Positions 59,094-64,000 of a DNA stretch of 64,000 nucleotides are shown in pieces. A program made the position numbers and the translations under genes. The stretch spans positions 224,001 through 288,000 of the forward strand of contig JBHLMN010000004.1 in NCBI GenBank assembly GCA_048938105.1, in the 5' to 3' direction. The stretch comes from Promethearchaeota archaeon (lineage in GTDB: Archaea > Asgardarchaeota > Heimdallarchaeia > Hodarchaeales > Hodarchaeaceae). The notes under the pieces were generated by a model, which saw only the letters and a list, made by a program, of their open reading frames with translations, had not been told where the DNA came from and did not search any database. The stretch's first letter is position 1; every line of letters begins with the position of its first letter.

Positions 59094-62000
59094 TCATTTT
59101 TTATAGGGTCTTCGTTTCAGAAGAATTCCACCAATAAATACTATTATTATCAGTGGAAATTCGAAACCTGGCCCTGGCGAGGGAATTGAAGGTGTTTCAG
59201 TTTTAGATGTTTCTTCCTCAGTAGTTGTGGATTCTTCTGTAGTCGTGGGTTCCACTGTGGTGGGTATTTCTGTAGTAGTGGTGGTGGTAGTAGTTGTAGT
59301 GACTGGTGGGCCTTCCAATATGATTGATTCTTCCCAAATAGGGGTCCATATGCATCTTGTGTTACCTTCTGGTGACCAGTTCATTATAAGTCCCAAAATA
59401 CAATCAACGGTTTCTTCGACTTTAAGCAGACATGAAAATGATATTGTTTGCCCAGTGGTAATTTCAAAAAGAGAATTAGGAACTACATAGATATTGGAAA
59501 ACCAAAGATCCTCTCCGATAACCTGCTCGTATCCACTCCATGTATAATTTTCTTTAGCAAGCATACCATCAATAGAGAGGTTGGAGGCACTGACACTGTC
59601 TGTATTGAAATATAGCTCAAAATTTGGACTTGGATGGTGTTTGATGACTGCGTTCAATCCTAAGGCAGCATAGTCATTATCCGCATAATAGAGAATGTGC
59701 GTTTCACTACCTAGCTGAAATAACTTCGGTTTACCATTATTTAGGAAATAGGTTCGATGTCGCCCTGGTGCTTCTGGTGAGCCCTCTTTGATAGAATAGG
59801 CGTGAACTCCACTAATGAGAGCGTCCCATGACCGAGTTTCATTATGGAACCATGAAATATCGAAGATGTCAGATTTATCCCCATCACCGTTTAAGTCAAG
59901 GTCTAACACGCTCTCCTCAAGCTTTCCTTCCCCCTTAACGAGTGATAGTTCGTAATATGTCTTTTCCCAAGAAATTGGTAAGGTACCAGAGATCGCTGGT
60001 GCTCCTGTGTTCTGAATATTAACAATGAATTTGTAAACGTTTTCCGATATTTTCGTTAAGGAATAGTCAAGTAAATTGAATTCTGGTAATTCCACTAATA
60101 ATTCTTGGCCAAAAGGAATCCAGCGAAGTCTGATATTGTTGTCTGGTGACCAGTTCACTACATGTGCCAACTCACAAGGAGTCGTCCTCCAGTTTCCAAT
60201 GAGCTTATAAGTTATTATTACAGATTCTCCTGTACTAATCTCAAATGGATTCTCAGGTATGATTATATATACCTTGGAAGTCCAAGGGGTCCATCCTAAG
60301 TTAGATTCCACTCCTGTCCATTTGTAATTCACTTTCACAGGAAATCCATTAATACGAATATCAGTGGCGCTTACGTCTGTTGAATTGAACCATAAATAAA
60401 AGTTTGGGCTTGGGAACTCTGATATAAAGGCATTACCTAGCCCAAATGCAGCGTAGTCGTTTGTTGCGCAATAAAGTGTGTGTGTTTCACTACCCAATTG
60501 GAAGAGCTTTGGTTCTCCATGGCGATAATAAGTTCGATGACTCCATGGATCTTCTGGTGGTCCCTCACAAAGTGAAGGTGCACGGATGTATCCATTGATC
60601 ATGGCATCCCATGGTCTAGTTTCGGTACGGTACCAGCTTACCTCGAAAGTATCCGTTTTAATTCCGTTACCATCTAGATCGAGGTCTACGACGCTCTCTT
60701 CAAGAGTCCCCTTGCCATCTACCATTGGGATTTCATAATACATTTGTTCCCATGAAATGGGTACAGTCCCAAGAGTAGCTGGAGAACCATTATTTTGAAT
60801 AGTTGTCGTCACCTGAAAAACCCCAGTAGAAACTGGCGTTATAGAGCTGTCGATCAGATTGAATTCAGGCTGGGGATAATCTAGAGGATACATCACTCGT
60901 GGATCTTCAGGGTTCATACCCCAGATCGGAGAGAATTGGTTGTATCCAAGTTCTTGGAATCCCCATGTGGAGTAATTGACCAATTTCCCCCAAGAGGGTA
61001 AAATTTCATTGACCCAATCCTTAATATAAATATTTCGATCAATAAAGTCCCAATCCTCATCTTTAAGGCCTGCAATGGCACTGGCAGCAGTATTAACTAT
61101 TTTATAAGTGACTGTTGTCAGAGTAGGATTAGGAAGCCAATTTCCTCCGCCTAACATAGTTGGATTATGGCCCATCTTTGTTTCGTCGTAATAAGGATTT
61201 ACTTTGATTACAATGGTATCCATGAAATCGTACGAGTCGAACTGATAAGGACCACAACCAATAGGAGAATATTCGGTGTTGGTTTTATCAATATGCCAAT
61301 CTGCAAAGGGTATGACGCTCATTTGAGCTTTTTGTAATAAATCTAAACCAAACAATATGGTTTCTACATCTGGATGAAACTGAGGTAAGGTAAATCTCAC
61401 ACTGTAGGTTCCCGTTTTGACAATATTACTAGCATCACCAAGAATTTCTTCTAGTACTCTACAGTAGGGAGATATTGTGTCTGTGTCCATTGCTGCCTGA
61501 TAGGTGAATAGGACATCATCCGCAGTGACCTCGGTACCATCACTCCATTTAACTCCTTGCCTAAGTATGACATCCCACGTTAAATAATTAGGACTGTGAG
61601 TCCATGATTCAGCCAACCATGGCACTGTATGCGTAATATTATATGCTCCTCTTCGTCTGGAAAGACTACAGAAGATATTATCGAGAACGTAAAAATCGGA
61701 ACCTACATCTGATATCACTGGATTAAAATTAACATAGTCATATGGTTGTGCAATAACTGCTGATGTTTGAGTCCCTATTGTCCAATTCTGTATATTATAT
61801 CCAAGGAGGGGGTCAACTCCTTCTAAAAGTGGATCCATGGCCCACAGGTCTAGTAGTTGAATTATGGTAGACCTTGGAACCTCTTCATGATACCAGTTCT
61901 GGAAGTCCTTGTTAGCCTGAATTCGGTCAGCGATGTCAACTGAACTCCATGCTCTGTCGCTAATATCATCTGCATTCGCATCTACGATCCAATTATAATT

Positions 62001-64000
62001 ATGAGAATCATCGGGTGGCCATTTATCACTAGAATAATATGTGGGAATAACTGCGTCAGGATTGTCTGTCCAGCCAATATAGAAAGCATCCATCCCTCCG
62101 TGATTATAATCGAAACCAATATCAATAGGATCCGTGAAGATTCGATCCGTACCGATACCCCAATCCCATAACTTCAAGGTAACATTGATACCGATCTGCT
62201 GGAAATTCAAAGCAGTTAACCCAGCCCAACGAATTCGATCAGATCGAGAAATAGGTGCAGAAAGAGTCATATCGAAATAAGTATCCTCAGATCCATTAGT
62301 TTCCCAGGTAATATATCGGTAACCAAAAACGTCTTGGAGGAGATCTTTTGCTTGCTCAAGGTCGATCTCTCGTGCCTGAATGCTAGAGTCATACACTCCA
62401 ACATATTTCTCATCAATAGGAGTAGCGGATTTCAATGCGTATCCTCCTGCTACTTTTTCAACGATATATTCACGTGGAATTGCCATATCCATAGCCTGTC
62501 TAACTTTCTTACGGTCATCAGGAGTCAGGTTATCATAATACCATTCCAAATTACTCACAGGTTCTGGCAAAGGGTCAGGATACATCACGCGTGGATCCTC
62601 GGGATTCATTCCCCAGATAGGAGAATACTGGTTGTAAGTCAATTCTTGCCAACCCCATGAAGGTGTTTCCACTATTTTACCCCAAGTGGATGCAGCAATT
62701 GTGGTATAGTGCTGTTCAATCTCCATAAGATGATCAATAACATCATACGCCCCTGTTTTCAAATTATCAAAGGCATCTTTTGGATCTGATACAACTTTGA
62801 TATAAGCAGTTGAGATAGAAGCATTAGGCCACCAAATACCGCCACCAGTCGCACTTGGGTCATGTCCCATCCGCAGATCGTTGTAAGTGTTCGCTTTTCT
62901 AAGCGTAACAGTAGTTCCGTCAAATCCATCAAAGTAATAGGGGCCAAAACCCTGAAGCTGCTCTGTTCCAAGGTTAGTACCATGATCTCTCCAGCTTGAT
63001 GGAGGGATAAGCTTCATTTGTGCTTTTTGTAGGATTGTTAATCCAAATCCTAATGATTCTACGAAGGGATGGAAATCGGGTAATTTAAACCTTACTTGGT
63101 ATGTGGATAATTGTTCGATATTACTTGCTTCCCCAAAGATATCAGTCATAACTGCTCGTAAGTAACTATCCACTCCGATTGTGTCATTAAAGATAGCTTT
63201 ATAGGTGTAAACGACATCCTTAGCAGTCACCTCGGTGCCATCGTGCCATAAAACTCCTTGTTTGAGGGTGACATCCCACGTTAAGTAGTCAGGACTATGG
63301 GTCCATGAATCCGCAAGGAAGCCAACTGGATGAGTAAGATTGTGTTCACCTCTTATCTTAGTGAGTGATCCATGGACATTTTCTGAGACACTAAGATCTC
63401 TATCCCATGAAGCTGGGAGAGAAAAAAGTGGATTGAAACTCGAAAAGTTCAAGGGTTGTACATAGGTTACATCAGTCTGAGCAAGAGTCCAGTTTTGGAA
63501 GTTATGACCATGAAGTCGATCAAAACCAGACAAAGAGGAATCCATGGCATAAACATCTTTACTGTGAAAGACAACAGATTTAGGAACTTCATCATAAAAC
63601 CAGGCCTGAAAGTCCATTAAAGCTTGTATCCTCTCTGCCATGCTTGTTGAATTTATTGCTCTGTCCCAAATGTCATCTACCTCGGTATTATTGATCCAGG
63701 CCGTATTTTCGCCATCAGGAGCAAAATCACCACTGGTGAACAAATCACTGTAGTCTATACCTTTTGTATCGATGTTCATCCCTCCAGTTGAAATAGATGA
63801 ATAACCAACGAAAAAAGCATCATATCCTCCATGTTCATAGTCAAATCCAATACCAGTTGGGTCGTCGAAGATCCGGGGCATAAAGATGTTCCAATTCCAC
63901 CATTTCAAATCTACATCTATTCCAATTTGACCAAATGATCTAGCGATTAATGCAGCCCACTGTGTTCTCGCTAAGTTGCTAATGGGCGCTATAAGTGTCA
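59094..64000 (-). CDS. Giant surface protein, 5'-truncated by the window: at least 2 tandem family-5 SBP units, 2 copies of a ~265-aa unknown domain, Thr/Glu linker and PGF-TM anchor
   Basis: Frame open to 64000 (TLIAPISNLARTQWAALIARSFGQIGIDVDLK); WHDG/WSDG motifs twice; YNQ.SPIWGMNPEDPRVMYP twice; GPGFE-TM-KRR. Confidence 0.9.
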   Translation of the reverse strand, partial: TLIAPISNLARTQWAALIARSFGQIGIDVDLKWWNWNIFMPRIFDDPTGIGFDYEHGGYDAFFVGYSSISTGGMNIDTKGIDYSDLFTSGDFAPDGENTAWINNTEVDDIWDRAINSTSMAERIQALMDFQAWFYDEVPKSVVFHSKDVYAMDSSLSGFDRLHGHNFQNWTLAQTDVTYVQPLNFSSFNPLFSLPASWDRDLSVSENVHGSLTKIRGEHNLTHPVGFLADSWTHSPDYLTWDVTLKQGVLWHDGTEVTAKDVVYTYKAIFNDTIGVDSYLRAVMTDIFGEASNIEQLSTYQVRFKLPDFHPFVESLGFGLTILQKAQMKLIPPSSWRDHGTNLGTEQLQGFGPYYFDGFDGTTVTLRKANTYNDLRMGHDPSATGGGIWWPNASISTAYIKVVSDPKDAFDNLKTGAYDVIDHLMEIEQHYTTIAASTWGKIVETPSWGWQELTYNQYSPIWGMNPEDPRVMYPDPLPEPVSNLEWYYDNLTPDDRKKVRQAMDMAIPREYIVEKVAGGYALKSATPIDEKYVGVYDSSIQAREIDLEQAKDLLQDVFGYRYITWETNGSEDTYFDMTLSAPISRSDRIRWAGLTALNFQQIGINVTLKLWDWGIGTDRIFTDPIDIGFDYNHGGMDAFYIGWTDNPDAVIPTYYSSDKWPPDDSHNYNWIVDANADDISDRAWSSVDIADRIQANKDFQNWYHEEVPRSTIIQLLDLWAMDPLLEGVDPLLGYNIQNWTIGTQTSAVIAQPYDYVNFNPVISDVGSDFYVLDNIFCSLSRRRGAYNITHTVPWLAESWTHSPNYLTWDVILRQGVKWSDGTEVTADDVLFTYQAAMDTDTISPYCRVLEEILGDASNIVKTGTYSVRFTLPQFHPDVETILFGLDLLQKAQMSVIPFADWHIDKTNTEYSPIGCGPYQFDSYDFMDTIVIKVNPYYDETKMGHNPTMLGGGNWLPNPTLTTVTYKIVNTAASAIAGLKDEDWDFIDRNIYIKDWVNEILPSWGKLVNYSTWGFQELGYNQFSPIWGMNPEDPRVMYPLDYPQPEFNLIDSSITPVSTGVFQVTTTIQNNGSPATLGTVPISWEQMYYEIPMVDGKGTLEESVVDLDLDGNGIKTDTFEVSWYRTETRPWDAMINGYIRAPSLCEGPPEDPWSHRTYYRHGEPKLFQLGSETHTLYCATNDYAAFGLGNAFISEFPSPNFYLWFNSTDVSATDIRINGFPVKVNYKWTGVESNLGWTPWTSKVYIIIPENPFEISTGESVIITYKLIGNWRTTPCELAHVVNWSPDNNIRLRWIPFGQELLVELPEFNLLDYSLTKISENVYKFIVNIQNTGAPAISGTLPISWEKTYYELSLVKGEGKLEESVLDLDLNGDGDKSDIFDISWFHNETRSWDALISGVHAYSIKEGSPEAPGRHRTYFLNNGKPKLFQLGSETHILYYADNDYAALGLNAVIKHHPSPNFELYFNTDSVSASNLSIDGMLAKENYTWSGYEQVIGEDLWFSNIYVVPNSLFEITTGQTISFSCLLKVEETVDCILGLIMNWSPEGNTRCIWTPIWEESIILEGPPVTTTTTTTTTTEIPTTVEPTTTEESTTTEEETSKTETPSIPSPGPGFEFPLIIIVFIGGILLKRRPYKK

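Noticed and set aside
425-62983. Numerous 60-160 aa ORFs nested antisense or out of frame within long genes (e.g. 1793-2176, 19419-19835, 26227-26700, 59227-59490)
   Set aside because: Shadow ORFs of well-supported genes with no independent motifs or RBS
1-64000. tRNA, rRNA, integrase or att sites
   Set aside because: No cloverleaf/T-loop consensus in a plausible context, no rRNA-like GC-rich tract and no recombinase motifs seen by eye; tRNAscan-SE and Infernal would be needed to exclude them formally

Overview
AT-rich archaeal chromosomal window, most consistent with an Asgard archaeon (Heimdallarchaeia/Hodarchaeales-like). This assignment is inferred from the Rab-like and Arf/Sar1-like small GTPases, a longin-type fusion, GGTGA/AGGAG ribosome-binding sites, TTTAAA/TTATAA promoters and many Thr-rich linker + PGF/PGW-TM-basic C-termini. 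Contents, in order: two MFS transporters, a CPBP protease and a wHTH regulator; a MacB/FtsX-type ABC operon carrying a beta-helix protein and a circularly permuted family-5 solute-binding protein (SBP); a frameshifted aldo-keto reductase; a ~3.57-kb tandem duplication giving two 8-repeat Trp/Tyr/Asp-rich surface proteins with mosaic, gene-conversion-like identity; a PadR/HAAS-RDD/ABC operon; a decayed accessory island at ~29.3-37.6 kb (TFB-like ORF with an in-frame TGA, Cys-rich paralogue pair, HEPN-like ORF, unannotated small proteins); a gingipain (C25) protease; a Zn-finger gene beside an Arf/Sar1-longin gene; metabolic genes; a 7TM + Rab-like GTPase + tandem winged-helix operon; DUF3160 preceded by a 21-bp-phased operator array; and a giant, 5'-truncated multi-SBP surface protein. 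No rRNA, tRNA, CRISPR array, intact transposase, integrase or reverse transcriptase was seen. All family calls come from motif recognition by eye, not from database searches.
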